A stretch of 64,000 nucleotides of DNA from Promethearchaeota archaeon (GTDB lineage: Archaea > Asgardarchaeota > Lokiarchaeia > Sigyniarchaeales > SOKP01): assembly GCA_019058245.1 (NCBI GenBank), contig JAHPZJ010000013.1, forward strand, positions 406,289 through 470,288. The letters run 5' to 3'. Below are positions 1 through 10,770 of the stretch, one piece after another. Positions within the stretch are counted from its first letter, which is position 1. Every line of letters begins with the position of its first letter. The position numbers were made by a program, and so were the translations under genes. The notes beneath the pieces are model-generated. The model was not told the DNA's origin. It saw only the letters and a program-made list of their open reading frames with translations, and did no database searches.

Positions 1-1
1 T

Positions 2-1270
2 TTATTAAACACTTTATCAATTAGGATTTCTTCCAAAACACCCCATGAGTTTGTAAAAAGATCGATTGAAGCTATTAAATTTACTGGTGGTATGGGTATT
101 CATAATGATGATGTTTTAGTACCACAGCTCAATAATACAGGATATTCATTAGAAGATGCCCGAGATTATTCACTTGTAGGGTGTGTAGAACCACATGGTA
201 CTGGAAATGATTTTTCATATACGGCAGGTAATGTCGTTCAGATTTCAATCCTTTTAAACATGGCATTAAATGAGGGACGTACTCTATTTTCAGGAAATAA
301 AACTGTCGGCGCGAAAACACCCCCAGCCAGTGATTTTGAATCTTTTGAAGATGTGAAAAAATCCTTCGTCGACCAACTAAAGTTTGCCATAGATCTTACT
401 GTAAAAAAAGCGGAATTAAAGGATAAAGCGTTTGCTGATTATTTACCTTCCCCATTGCTCTCATCTTCAATAGAAGGATGTTTAGAGAGCGGAATGGATG
501 TTACTCGAAATGGGGCTCGCTATAATAACAATCCTATGGGTTCACAAGGATTAGCAACAGTGACTGATTCCTTAGCTGCAATACGCTGGGCTGTATTTGA
601 AGAAAAAATAGTAACAATGGAAGAATTGGTTAATCACATGAATAATAATTTTAAAGGAGCAGAAACCCTACGAGAAAAACTACGAAATAAGGCACCTAAA
701 TATGGTAATGGTGATGAAAGAACAGATGAACTTGCCAAATGGGTAGCAACTACCCTCTGTGAACTTACAAGGACTTATAAAGCAAGGGGTGGTGATGGTA
801 TATATCATAATTGCCTCGTATCTTCTGGAACTCAGATTATGGAGGGTAAAGTACTAGGAGCAACTGCAGATGGAAGATTAATGGGTCAACCCGTAGCAAA
901 CGGTATTTCTCCTGCAAATGGTACAGAAAAAAATGGCCTTACTATGGCCCTCCGATCAATAGCTTATGCAACAGCTGAACCTCATCTCACTAATGGAGCC
1001 TCAATGAATGTTAGAATCAATCCCACCTTATTAGAAACAGATGAAGGAATTGAAAAATTTACTTCTATTGTAGAGGCTTATTTAGAGTTGGGAGGACGAG
1101 AACTTCAAGTAAATCCGATAAGTTCAGAAACACTTAGAGATGCACAAGCTCATCCAGAAAAATATCCTGATCTTTCAGTTAAAGTTTCAGGCTACTCTGC
1201 TCGATTCATAGATTTAGCAAAGGATCTTCAGAACGATATTATCGACAGAACTGTTTTCAATGAAATATAA
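2..1270 (+). CDS. Glycyl radical enzyme (PFL2/diol-dehydratase-like), 5'-truncated by window edge
   Basis: Frame is open from position 2 (LLNTLSIRISSK..., matching the paralog). Cys loop GCVEP and C-terminal glycyl loop SVKVSGYSARF are present. Confidence 0.92.
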   Translation, partial: LLNTLSIRISSKTPHEFVKRSIEAIKFTGGMGIHNDDVLVPQLNNTGYSLEDARDYSLVGCVEPHGTGNDFSYTAGNVVQISILLNMALNEGRTLFSGNKTVGAKTPPASDFESFEDVKKSFVDQLKFAIDLTVKKAELKDKAFADYLPSPLLSSSIEGCLESGMDVTRNGARYNNNPMGSQGLATVTDSLAAIRWAVFEEKIVTMEELVNHMNNNFKGAETLREKLRNKAPKYGNGDERTDELAKWVATTLCELTRTYKARGGDGIYHNCLVSSGTQIMEGKVLGATADGRLMGQPVANGISPANGTEKNGLTMALRSIAYATAEPHLTNGASMNVRINPTLLETDEGIEKFTSIVEAYLELGGRELQVNPISSETLRDAQAHPEKYPDLSVKVSGYSARFIDLAKDLQNDIIDRTVFNEI

Positions 1271-1507
1271 ACAGTACTATCGAATTAATATAATTAATAT
1301 TAAAAATTTTTATTTTCTTTTACTATATTATCGTATTTATGATAAAACTTCGAAATTAATTATTAATTAAAAATCTTTTAGCTAGAGAAATAATAATTCA
1401 GATCTATTTTCAATTCAAAAGCTTTCGAAATCTAAAAGAAAAAAAAGTCAAATATTTATTATTCTATTATAAAAACATTTATAAATATATATTGTCTATT
1501 AAAAATC

Positions 1508-3949
1508 ATGGTAGTTCAAGATTTTAAGTTGAGTCCTCTCCAAGGAATACCTTCTGAGAGGGTTCGTAAAATAAGAGATAAGATGTTATCAAATCCTTTT
1601 GAATATGATCTTGAGCGAGCACGATGCTATACAAGAATTTACAAACAATTTGAGAATTCTCCTCCTTGTATGAAAAAAGCTAAAGCACTAGAGGAATTCT
1701 TACATTGTCTTCCTATAAGAATTGATGAAGATGAGCTTCTTATAGGCGTAAAATCAAGTAAACCAAGAGCAGATCCTATTGAAATAGAACAAGGGCGACA
1801 GGTTAAATTATATGATTTTCTCTTAGACGATACAATTGAAGAAAAAGCTAAAAATACTCTCCGTAGATATCACCCCACTATTAGACGTTATGTTCCTTTT
1901 ACAGAAGAAGAACTTAAGGAGTGGAAAAATGACATTATACCTGTCTGGAAGGGAAAAACAATGATGGATAGGAGGAATGAACTTTTCAGGGAAGCAGGTT
2001 TGATTGAAGAGAACGTGGGACACGTCCCTCCATCAATGTCAATGTTACCAGGAAATTCATATGTATATTCTGTAATGCAGGGTCATACCATTCCGGGTTA
2101 TCGACGAGTTCTTAAAATGGGATTTAGAGGAATTGAAAAAATGGCGACAGAAGGGCTTAAAAATCTTAAAGAGACCGATGAGAATTATGATCAACGAAAA
2201 GATTTTTATGAATCGGTACAAGTAACTTCAAAAGCAGTTTGTAATTATTCCAAGCGCTATGCTGATCTAGCAATGGAAATGGCCCAAAATGCATCAGAAA
2301 CAAGAAGGGCTGAACTTGCAGAAATTGCTGAGCGTGTAAGACAAGTACCAGCAAACCCTCCAAGATCATTCATGGAAGCACTTCAATCAATTTGGATGAC
2401 GAACGTTGTTATGGAAATGAGTTATGGTGAAGGAAACATTTTTTCTCAAGGAAGAGTAGACCAGTATCTCTATCCTTATTATGCAGCGGATTTAGCGGAT
2501 GGTCGTATTACTTATGAAGAAGCTTTAGAAACAATTGAAGAATATTTAGTGAAACTTGCTTCTGTTGTTATAGCAGGACAGAATAATGTTACTATTGGAG
2601 GATTAGATAAGGATGGAAATGATGCAACTAATGAGATATCATATATGTTTCTTGAAGCTATTGCAAATGTCAAAAGTTTATTAAACACCTTATCAATTAG
2701 GATCTCTTCTAAGAGCCCTCGAAATTTCGTAAAAAGAACTATTGAAACTTTTCGACATACGACAGGGATGGGTATTCATAATGATGAAATCTTAGTACCA
2801 CAACTTCAAGAAGATGGTTATTCACTTGAGGATGCCCGAGATTACTCACTCGTAGGTTGTGTTGAACCTCATGGTACAGGTTTTGATTTTTCATACACTG
2901 CAGGTAATGGTGTTAGGTTTACACTAGTGCTTGGTATGGCATTAAATGGAGGACGAATGCTTTATTCAGAAGATCGAGTTGTTGGAACAAAAACACCTGA
3001 ACCTAGTACTTTTAAAACTTTTGAAGACGTAAAGCAAGCTTTTGTTGATCAACTTGTTTTTGCTATAGATAAATGTGTACAAATGTCTGAATTAAAAGAT
3101 AGAGCGTTTGCTGAATATTTTCCATCTCCATTACTTTCCTCTACAATAGAAGGATGTCTTGAGAGTGGAATGGATGCAACTCGAAATGGAGCTCGCTATA
3201 ATAACAATCCTATTGGTTCACAAGGCTTAGCAACTGTTGTAAATTCATTAGCAGCTGTTCGTTGGGCTGTATTCGAGAAAAAACTAGTGACTATGGGAGA
3301 ATTGGTTGAACATATGAACAATAATTTTAAAGGAGCAGAATTGCTTAGAGAAAAACTTAGAAATAAGGCTCCTAAATATGGTAATGGTGATGATAAAACA
3401 GATGAATTAGCACGTTGGGTTGCAAATACTTTTTGTGATATCGTGAGAAAACATTCTGCCAGAGGTGGTGTTGGTATATATCGTCCTTGCCTTGTCTCTG
3501 CGGGAGGCCAACTAGCAGAGGGAAGAATGTTAGGAGCAACTCCAGACGGAAGACTCTCTGGTGAACCTGTATCAAATGGTATTTCTCCAGCAAATGGAAC
3601 CGAGAAAAATGGTCTCACCATGGCACTCCGATCTGTTGCGGTATCAACCCGGGAAGCTCTCCTAACTGATGGTGTAACAATGAATATCAGAATCACTCCT
3701 AGTATGATAGAAACAGATGAAGGCATAGAAGAAATGACTTCTATTTTAGAGGCTTATTTTGAATTGGGAGGAAAAGAACTTCAGATTAATGCTATAGGAT
3801 CAGAAACCCTTAAAGATGCGCAAGAGCATCCTGAAAAATATACTGACTTATCAGTCAAGGTTACTGGCTACTCTGCTCGCTTTATAGACATCAGTAGAGG
3901 TCTACAGAATGATATTATTAATCGTACAGAATTTAATGAATTTGATTAA
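1508..3949 (+). CDS. Glycyl radical enzyme (PFL2/diol-dehydratase-like), 813 aa
   Basis: Typical GRE length; GRVDQYLYPY, GCVEP Cys loop, GATPDGR, glycyl loop SVKVTGYSARF. Confidence 0.93.
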   Translation: MVVQDFKLSPLQGIPSERVRKIRDKMLSNPFEYDLERARCYTRIYKQFENSPPCMKKAKALEEFLHCLPIRIDEDELLIGVKSSKPRADPIEIEQGRQVKLYDFLLDDTIEEKAKNTLRRYHPTIRRYVPFTEEELKEWKNDIIPVWKGKTMMDRRNELFREAGLIEENVGHVPPSMSMLPGNSYVYSVMQGHTIPGYRRVLKMGFRGIEKMATEGLKNLKETDENYDQRKDFYESVQVTSKAVCNYSKRYADLAMEMAQNASETRRAELAEIAERVRQVPANPPRSFMEALQSIWMTNVVMEMSYGEGNIFSQGRVDQYLYPYYAADLADGRITYEEALETIEEYLVKLASVVIAGQNNVTIGGLDKDGNDATNEISYMFLEAIANVKSLLNTLSIRISSKSPRNFVKRTIETFRHTTGMGIHNDEILVPQLQEDGYSLEDARDYSLVGCVEPHGTGFDFSYTAGNGVRFTLVLGMALNGGRMLYSEDRVVGTKTPEPSTFKTFEDVKQAFVDQLVFAIDKCVQMSELKDRAFAEYFPSPLLSSTIEGCLESGMDATRNGARYNNNPIGSQGLATVVNSLAAVRWAVFEKKLVTMGELVEHMNNNFKGAELLREKLRNKAPKYGNGDDKTDELARWVANTFCDIVRKHSARGGVGIYRPCLVSAGGQLAEGRMLGATPDGRLSGEPVSNGISPANGTEKNGLTMALRSVAVSTREALLTDGVTMNIRITPSMIETDEGIEEMTSILEAYFELGGKELQINAIGSETLKDAQEHPEKYTDLSVKVTGYSARFIDISRGLQNDIINRTEFNEFD

Positions 3950-4174
3950 ACCTTTTTGGTTAATCTTTTTTTTTTAATTTGAAAATAAGATCAACTTTAT
4001 TATTTTTAATATGCATATTATAAAGGACATTTATTTTAAGAATCTTTATTGATAAATATTGGATATATTTATCTCATTATCGAGATATATATCTAAAGTT
4101 AATATTTATGTGCAAAAATTAAGAAAAATGGAGCTACGTTATTTATGTCTATATTGATAAACTATTTTTTCTAC

Positions 4175-5122
4175 TTAGCGAGTTAACCCAGACCACTTTA
4201 CATTTTTAGCTCCAGTACTTTTAGCAATTTCAAGATAATTTTCCATTTCCTCTTTTGTCATTAATGGTTCATCTCTTAAAGACCATGGCTTGCCTAATCT
4301 TGTATATTTAATTTCACAGAGTTTGTTAAAGGCTAATATATCCCATTGTTCAGGAATATTATCTAATTCTTTTACAATGAATTCTCCAATACCTCTAATA
4401 TTCTCTTCCGTGGCAGTATAGTGTGGTATTATTGGTGTTCTTATCCACATCAATTTTCCATTATCTTTGGTATAAGTTGAAATCCATTTAGCATTTTCTA
4501 AAATTGTTTTATTTGAAACACCTGTATATTCTTCATGTTGTTTAGGATCAATAACCTTTATATCAAAAAGGACAATATCAACGTAAGGTAATAAATCTTG
4601 ATAAACTTTTTTACTTGAATATCCACATGTATCTAAAGCAGTAGAAATATCATTTTCCTTACATAATTTTAAAAATTTTAAGAGAAAATCTGATTGTAAT
4701 GTGGGTTCACCACCAGAAACCGTTATTCCTCCTTTTGTTTTAGTAAAAAAGATTTTTTCTTTTTCAACATCATGAATAAGATCTTCTAAATTCCACCACT
4801 GTCCCCACATGCTTAATGCAGTAGTAGGACAAGCTTCTACACAATCTCCACAACTGGTACATCGCTCTCTATTAATATGTAAGCCATCTTCTTCAAAAAA
4901 TAGAACACCTTCTTCTTGACAGGCCTCTATGCAACTATTACACCCGATACATTTACGATCCATCCAATAGAGCTGAGGTTGTCTTGGAATTGATTCTGGA
5001 TTATGACACCATGCACAATTTAAGAGACATTTATTAAAAAAAATTGTTGTGCGAATACCAGGCCCATCATCAGTAGACATTCTCTCAATTTTAAAAATTA
5101 ATCCCTTAGATTTTGACTCCAT
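4175..5122 (-). CDS. Glycyl-radical enzyme activating protein (radical SAM with 2x[4Fe-4S] insert)
   Basis: DGPGIRTTIF, CLLNCAWCHNPES, two CxxCxxCxxxC motifs, SGGEP, DTCG; adjacent to the GREs. Confidence 0.94.
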   Translation of the reverse strand: MESKSKGLIFKIERMSTDDGPGIRTTIFFNKCLLNCAWCHNPESIPRQPQLYWMDRKCIGCNSCIEACQEEGVLFFEEDGLHINRERCTSCGDCVEACPTTALSMWGQWWNLEDLIHDVEKEKIFFTKTKGGITVSGGEPTLQSDFLLKFLKLCKENDISTALDTCGYSSKKVYQDLLPYVDIVLFDIKVIDPKQHEEYTGVSNKTILENAKWISTYTKDNGKLMWIRTPIIPHYTATEENIRGIGEFIVKELDNIPEQWDILAFNKLCEIKYTRLGKPWSLRDEPLMTKEEMENYLEIAKSTGAKNVKWSGLTR

Positions 5123-5417
5123 AACGCACCTGCATATTAATTTCTAATATATTTTTTGGAATAAAAAGAAATTTAATTTATTCTTAAAATTATTTATTTC
5201 TTAAAATTTTTATGAATTATATACCTACTCGATGTAAAATAAATAATAGTCTTCGAAATGAAAGATTAAAATCTTATAATAGAAATTTTTTACTAGACTT
5301 TTTTAAAAAATACAACTATGATTGATATCACGAGGTTTGACCTTATATCTAACGAAAACTTTATACCTAAATCGAATATTTCTCTTATTATCAAAAAAAA
5401 TAAAGTTTTGAACAAAG

Positions 5418-6776
5418 ATGTATAAATATAAGGTCTCAATTTTAGGTACAGGATTTATAGGATTATGCTCTGCTGCCTGTTTTGCTCAAAAGGATATTAA
5501 AGTATTAGCTTCTACACATAATGAAAAAAAGGCAAAAATAATAAACGAGTATAAATCACCTTTTTTCGAGGAAGGATTAGAGGAAATGCTTATTGACATT
5601 AAGCAGAAAAACCCAGAACTTCTCAAATGTTTAACTGATCCTGTTCAAGCAGTATTAAATACAGATATTATAATGATTACTCAAGGAACTCCAATGCGAA
5701 TAGATGATTCAATTGATTTAAGTTATATTGAAAGTACTGCTAAAGAAATTGGGGAAGCTTTAAAACAAGATGATAAATATCGTTTGATTGTCGTTCGATC
5801 TACTGTTGTTCCGGGAACCTCAATGAATCTTGTAGGAAAGATAATTACAGAAATTTCTGGAAAAGTTCCAGGAAAAGATTTTGGGTTATGTATGCAGCCA
5901 GAGTTTTTAGCTGAAGGGAGATCAATTGAAGATACGCTCAAACCAGATAGAATCATTATTGGATCAATAGATAATAAAAGCGGAGATATGCTTCAAGAGT
6001 TCTATGAGTATTTTTATGGTGATCACTTGAAAAATTGTCCGATAAAGAGAATGAATTTAGAAAGTGCAGAATTCGTTAAATATGGAAATAATTGCTTATT
6101 ATCAACAAAAATATCTTATGCCAATGAATTCGCTAACTTAGCCGAATTAGTTCCAAATGTTGATATCGTCCAAGTAATGGAAGGTGTAGGATTGGATTAT
6201 AGGATTAATCATAGATTTCTTCGTGCAGGTGTAGGATTCGGGGGTGCTTGTTTTCATAAAGATGTTAACGCTATAACGAAATGGGCAAGATCTAAAGGAT
6301 ATGTTTCAAAATTACTAGAGGCTGTTTTGGAACGTAATGATCTCAGAGCAATTCGAATTGTTGATATTGCGGAGGGTTTGGTTGGAAAATTAGAGGGTAA
6401 AAAGGTAACTTTACTGGGTTTATCTTTTAAACCAGGTACTGATGATATGAGAGAGGCTCCAAGTATTAGAGTTATTAATGAATTGATCAAAAGAAAAGTA
6501 ACTGATATTGTTGGATACGATCCTAAAGCTAAAGAATCTGCTGAAGAAGCAATCGGAGATAAGATAAAATATGCTAGTAGTATTGAGGAAGCACTGAAAG
6601 ATTCTGAGTGTACTTTACTGATAACAGATTGGGATGAATTTAAAAAACTTAATCCTGATGATTTCAAAAAACATATGAAATCTCCAAATCTCGTTGATGG
6701 CAGAAGGATTTATAATTATGATGAATTTAACAATTCTTTAAATTTTCGAGCAATGGGTCGTATAAATTTAAAGTAA
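5418..6776 (+). CDS. UDP-glucose/GDP-mannose dehydrogenase family protein
   Basis: GTGFIG Rossmann motif, RSTVVPG, PEFLAEG, GFGGACFHKD, FKPGTDDMRE. Confidence 0.93.
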   Translation: MYKYKVSILGTGFIGLCSAACFAQKDIKVLASTHNEKKAKIINEYKSPFFEEGLEEMLIDIKQKNPELLKCLTDPVQAVLNTDIIMITQGTPMRIDDSIDLSYIESTAKEIGEALKQDDKYRLIVVRSTVVPGTSMNLVGKIITEISGKVPGKDFGLCMQPEFLAEGRSIEDTLKPDRIIIGSIDNKSGDMLQEFYEYFYGDHLKNCPIKRMNLESAEFVKYGNNCLLSTKISYANEFANLAELVPNVDIVQVMEGVGLDYRINHRFLRAGVGFGGACFHKDVNAITKWARSKGYVSKLLEAVLERNDLRAIRIVDIAEGLVGKLEGKKVTLLGLSFKPGTDDMREAPSIRVINELIKRKVTDIVGYDPKAKESAEEAIGDKIKYASSIEEALKDSECTLLITDWDEFKKLNPDDFKKHMKSPNLVDGRRIYNYDEFNNSLNFRAMGRINLK

Positions 6777-6872
6777 TAATTATTGCTTGAAATAAAATTA
6801 TAATAAGTCTTTCAAGAATCTTTTTATATCTTATAAATTATTTGTAAAGCATTAAGTAAAAAATTATTTTAT

Positions 6873-8129
6873 TTATAAAATTGTTTTCCTTATTAATTCT
6901 GAGAGGTCAAATGCTTGAATCTCATTATTTTCAATATTATTTTTGAATTGATTTAGACAGAAAGGACAACAAGATACGATCGCTTCTGCTGTTGTTTCTT
7001 TTGCTTCCTTTATTCTTTCTTTCGCTGCAAAGGCAGAAAATTCTTTAAATGATGACCTTACACCCCCTCCCGAACCGCAACACCATGCATTATGTCTATT
7101 TCTCACCATTTCTATTAATTCAATACCAGGGATTTTTTCTAATACTTCTCTCGGTGCTTTATAAATTCCCATATGGCGCCCTATATGACAAGGATCGTGG
7201 TATGTAACTTTCATTTTCAATTCTTTGTCAAATATTAATTCTCCATTTTTTAATTTACTTCTCAAAAATTCAGGTAGATGTTTAACATCTATTCCATGAT
7301 CAAAACCAAACTTATTAGGATAAATATCTTTCCAAGTTCGGTAACACCCAGCACAAGATGTTATAATATTTTCGATTCCAGCGTTTTTAAAATAATTAAT
7401 ATTCTTTTCGGCTAAATTTTTAGCTTTTTCTACTTGACCTGTCATATAGACAGGAGATCCACAACATCCTTCATCATTAAGAATTCTAAAATCAATATTT
7501 AAGGTATTTAAAATTTCTGCTGTAGCAATGGCAACAGTTTTTTCTCTATAGCTTGAAGTACAACCGACGAAATATGCTAAATTTGCATCAGGAGTCTGTT
7601 TTATATGAGAAGGTAGCCATTTAAGCCGATCTTCATGTTTTTCCATATAGGGATTTTTTTCTTCCATAATATTTTTTGTATATAGTTGTTGTTCAGGCAT
7701 AGGTCCATAACCCAGTTTAACTGCTTCTTCTCTCATTGCCATTAACCATTCACCAGCAAAACTATGGATTTCTGGTATCTGGCATTGTTCAATACAAGCC
7801 ATACAAACTGAACATTGATAAAAAATCTTAGCAACTTTCTTTGTCCAATTTAATTTATTAGAGGTTAATGCCCATACTAGAAGATTTTTCCCCCCAAGAT
7901 AATATGATTCAAACTTTCCAAATTCCCCTGATGGACAAACACAAGACCAATAAGCATCTTTATATACAGTTCTGCAAGTACCACACTTTCCACACTGGTA
8001 AAATACATCTTTGTAATGTTCTAAATTCTGATATCTTTTAAGATTGTGAATTTCATATGATAATCTTGCTTGAGATATTCCATGCCCTCTAATATATTTA
8101 ACTTTTTTCTCTCTCTTTTTCTTCGCCAT
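6873..8129 (-). CDS. (Fe-S)-binding CCG-domain oxidoreductase subunit (GlcF/GlpC/HdrD-like)
   Basis: CGKCGTC and CSVCMAC ferredoxin motifs; CCG domains (GCCGSP, YHDPCH, CCGSGGG, CPFC). Confidence 0.88.
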   Translation of the reverse strand: MAKKKREKKVKYIRGHGISQARLSYEIHNLKRYQNLEHYKDVFYQCGKCGTCRTVYKDAYWSCVCPSGEFGKFESYYLGGKNLLVWALTSNKLNWTKKVAKIFYQCSVCMACIEQCQIPEIHSFAGEWLMAMREEAVKLGYGPMPEQQLYTKNIMEEKNPYMEKHEDRLKWLPSHIKQTPDANLAYFVGCTSSYREKTVAIATAEILNTLNIDFRILNDEGCCGSPVYMTGQVEKAKNLAEKNINYFKNAGIENIITSCAGCYRTWKDIYPNKFGFDHGIDVKHLPEFLRSKLKNGELIFDKELKMKVTYHDPCHIGRHMGIYKAPREVLEKIPGIELIEMVRNRHNAWCCGSGGGVRSSFKEFSAFAAKERIKEAKETTAEAIVSCCPFCLNQFKNNIENNEIQAFDLSELIRKTIL

Positions 8130-8130
8130 A

Positions 8131-9558
8131 TTAATCCTCTCCGATTCCTTGTCCTGGATTCATAATATTATTTGGATCAAGAACTTTTTTAATTTTATTT
8201 ATAAGTCTGGTAGTGGAAGGAAGTGTTTTATCTTTATAGTACTTCACCGCCCAGAGAGGGGGTTTATACATGACAACACCATCTAATTTTTGAACGGCTT
8301 CATGAATTTCTTGTAAAATCTTTCTTGTAGTTTTTATATCCTCAGGATCATTTTTATTGAAATTAACATTACTTCTCGCTACTACATAATGACCACCAAA
8401 CATTAATCTACTATAAAACTGAGGAGGTTTTCCATATTTAAGACAAATTTCTCTAGATATGTTATAATATTTTACAACATCTCGCGTGGAGCAATAACTT
8501 CCTATCCATTGTCCTCCACCTCCCCTAGTAAAGTTCCAAAAATTCCAATATTGGACTGGAGGTGGTTTTACTCCTTCTACACCATCTGAAGCAGATAATA
8601 ATCTCATTTTACCTTCATTACATATATCGATGATAGCTTCGCATTGGGCAATATGTTGTTTTTCTGTATAAGCCTGTGTGGTAATTAGTGAAATACAATC
8701 TGGTTTTTTATCTTTAACAGCATCAATAACAACATTTTTTTCATACAATTCTTGGATTGATTGACTCCATCCAAAATTCACAAGAAGAAGATCGCATATT
8801 CCTAGACCTGCTTTAGAAAGTTTAAGTAGGACTGGAAACCCTTGATCAACTGTACGAGCAAATCCTGTATAATCTTCCCTAAATGGTAATTTTGGCCACA
8901 ATTTTATCGAAGCTTTTGTTACTATACCTGTTGAACCTTCCCACCCTATAAATAATCCCGCTAAATCAGGTAAAGGCTGTCTACCATACCAATAGTTTGA
9001 AAGACTACATGAACCGACTTTAATTAAATCACCAGACCCAAGTACGACCTCTAAACCATTTATAAACTCAGCACCTGAACCCCCAATCATCCCAAGATCA
9101 AACATTCCATAACATAAGCATGATGGAATAACTCCTGTCCCAGGAGGAGACCAAGTTATCCCTGCTCTTAAATTCGGATGATATTTCTCGAGAAAACCTT
9201 GTAAACCTGCCCATGTAATTCCTCCCTCAATTACAGCATACATATCATCTTCATTCACTTCAAGTACTCGATTTAATCGCCTTAAATCAACAACAATCCC
9301 TCCTTTTCGAGGAGTTGCAATAGAACCAAAATTAATTCCAGTGACCCATGGAACTATTGGAATTTTATATTTATTAGCAATCTTGACAATTTCTTGTACT
9401 TCTTCAGCAGAACCAGGAATAATCACAATATCACATCTGCCCTCTGGTTCAGCAGTAATAAAATCATAATGATAAAGATAGGTTAGTTCAGGTTGATCGG
9501 AAACATATCTTTCTCCAACTACAATTTCCAATTCCGAAATAATTTCATTATTGCTCAA
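8131..9558 (-). CDS. FAD-binding oxidoreductase (GlcD/VAO-PCMH family)
   Basis: PGSAEEVQEIV, GLEVVLGSG, EGSTGIVTK, C-terminal LDPNNIMNPG; TTG start; 1-nt gap to the Fe-S partner. Confidence 0.88.
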   Translation of the reverse strand: MSNNEIISELEIVVGERYVSDQPELTYLYHYDFITAEPEGRCDIVIIPGSAEEVQEIVKIANKYKIPIVPWVTGINFGSIATPRKGGIVVDLRRLNRVLEVNEDDMYAVIEGGITWAGLQGFLEKYHPNLRAGITWSPPGTGVIPSCLCYGMFDLGMIGGSGAEFINGLEVVLGSGDLIKVGSCSLSNYWYGRQPLPDLAGLFIGWEGSTGIVTKASIKLWPKLPFREDYTGFARTVDQGFPVLLKLSKAGLGICDLLLVNFGWSQSIQELYEKNVVIDAVKDKKPDCISLITTQAYTEKQHIAQCEAIIDICNEGKMRLLSASDGVEGVKPPPVQYWNFWNFTRGGGGQWIGSYCSTRDVVKYYNISREICLKYGKPPQFYSRLMFGGHYVVARSNVNFNKNDPEDIKTTRKILQEIHEAVQKLDGVVMYKPPLWAVKYYKDKTLPSTTRLINKIKKVLDPNNIMNPGQGIGED

Positions 9559-9817
9559 TTTTATATCACCTATAGTGAGATAGATATTGATTTTTTGATA
9601 AATAATGGATATTATATTAACAAAAAATAAAATAACATTAAGTATTACAATTATGACTTATATTTTCCAATGATATAAATATTCATTATTTGAATTCAAA
9701 AATTTTATCAAATTTTGATCTCTAAATCATTATTATTCATCAAAACAATATTATACAAAAATAGAACAAATATTTAAAATTTAATTTAAAAAAAAATGGT
9801 TTATTTAAATAATCCCA

Positions 9818-10387
9818 TTATTTTATTTCGATTTTCTTCTTTTCTGGTTGTACAGGTTCAACTTTGGGGATAGTAACTGTTAAAATTCCTTTATCCAATG
9901 ATGCATCGATTTTGTCTTTATCAATATTTTCAGGCATACTAAAGCATCGATAATAACTTGAAGAATGATATTCTCTCCTAACTAATTCTCCTTCTTTCTC
10001 TTCCTTTTTCTCTTCTTTTATTTCTCCTTTAATTTCTAAATTACCATCTTGGATTGAAATCTCAATATCACCTTTTTCAAGCCCAGGTAATTCAGCACTA
10101 ATTTTGAAAGAATCTTCAGTTTCTGTTATATTTGATAACGGAGTTCTAAAAATTGGTTCCTCATCTCTTATAATCAAGGAAAAAGGTCTACGACGTCTTC
10201 TTCCAAATGGCCAATTCCAATCATCAAAAAAATTTCGTTGCATATCATTGAATAAGCGATCCATTTCTTGAAATAAAGAAAATGGACTTTCCCTTCTTAC
10301 AGTAATCTCTCTTGATTTTTGATCTTCTTTTTTCTCTTCCTCACTTTTTTCCTTTTTCTTAATATCAATTTTATCTTTTTCAGCCAT
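9818..10387 (-). CDS. Hsp20/alpha-crystallin small heat shock protein
   Basis: AELPGLEKGDIEI, ASLDKGILTVTIPK, C-terminal IEI motif; ATG at 10387 follows a GAGGTG Shine-Dalgarno (SD). Confidence 0.93.
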   Translation of the reverse strand: MAEKDKIDIKKKEKSEEEKKEDQKSREITVRRESPFSLFQEMDRLFNDMQRNFFDDWNWPFGRRRRRPFSLIIRDEEPIFRTPLSNITETEDSFKISAELPGLEKGDIEISIQDGNLEIKGEIKEEKKEEKEGELVRREYHSSSYYRCFSMPENIDKDKIDASLDKGILTVTIPKVEPVQPEKKKIEIK

Positions 10388-10438
10388 TAAATCCACCTCT
10401 TATTTCAGTTTTTAATAATAATATATTATATGATTTTA

Positions 10439-10457
10439 TGTCAATCAATGATTGACA
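10439..10457. promoter_or_regulatory. Perfect inverted repeat TGTCAATCA-A-TGATTGACA, candidate operator of hsp20
   Basis: 9-bp arms with a 1-nt spacer, between a minus-strand TATA-like TTTATATATG (about 10484-10493) and the hsp20 start. Confidence 0.55.
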
Positions 10458-10770
10458 ATACTTGATTACATAATATCAATTGACATATATAAATCTTTCG
10501 TTTTTTTCATCTAAATGAGATTTTACCTGTTATTACTCTTCAATATTATGGAGGATATATAACGAAGTATATATCATCAAAAATATTTTGTAAAGTTAAT
10601 TTATTTTGTCAATTCAGAAATTGATATTACTAATCTAAAGGACTATTTAATTAAAGATAACTTTATCGGATTTAATAAGATCCTATTACTATCTAAATAT
10701 AAAAATAAAAATCTTTAATATAGAAAAAAATATTATAAAGAATGCTTGAAAATTAATGATGTAGATAAAA

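Noticed and set aside
1340-1435. Recurrent TTCGAAAT upstream of the GRE (also near 5252)
   Set aside because: Short, BRE-like and expected in AT-rich archaeal promoters; not enough evidence for a specific operator.
3196-3726. 176-aa antisense ORF and other short ORFs nested in long genes (for example 6254-6667, 32859-33215, 36187-36594, 62234-62569)
   Set aside because: They lie fully within well-supported genes and carry no independent motifs.
4062-4093. Imperfect AT-rich inverted repeat between the GRE and its activase
   Set aside because: Low complexity and weak; cannot be supported as a terminator or operator.
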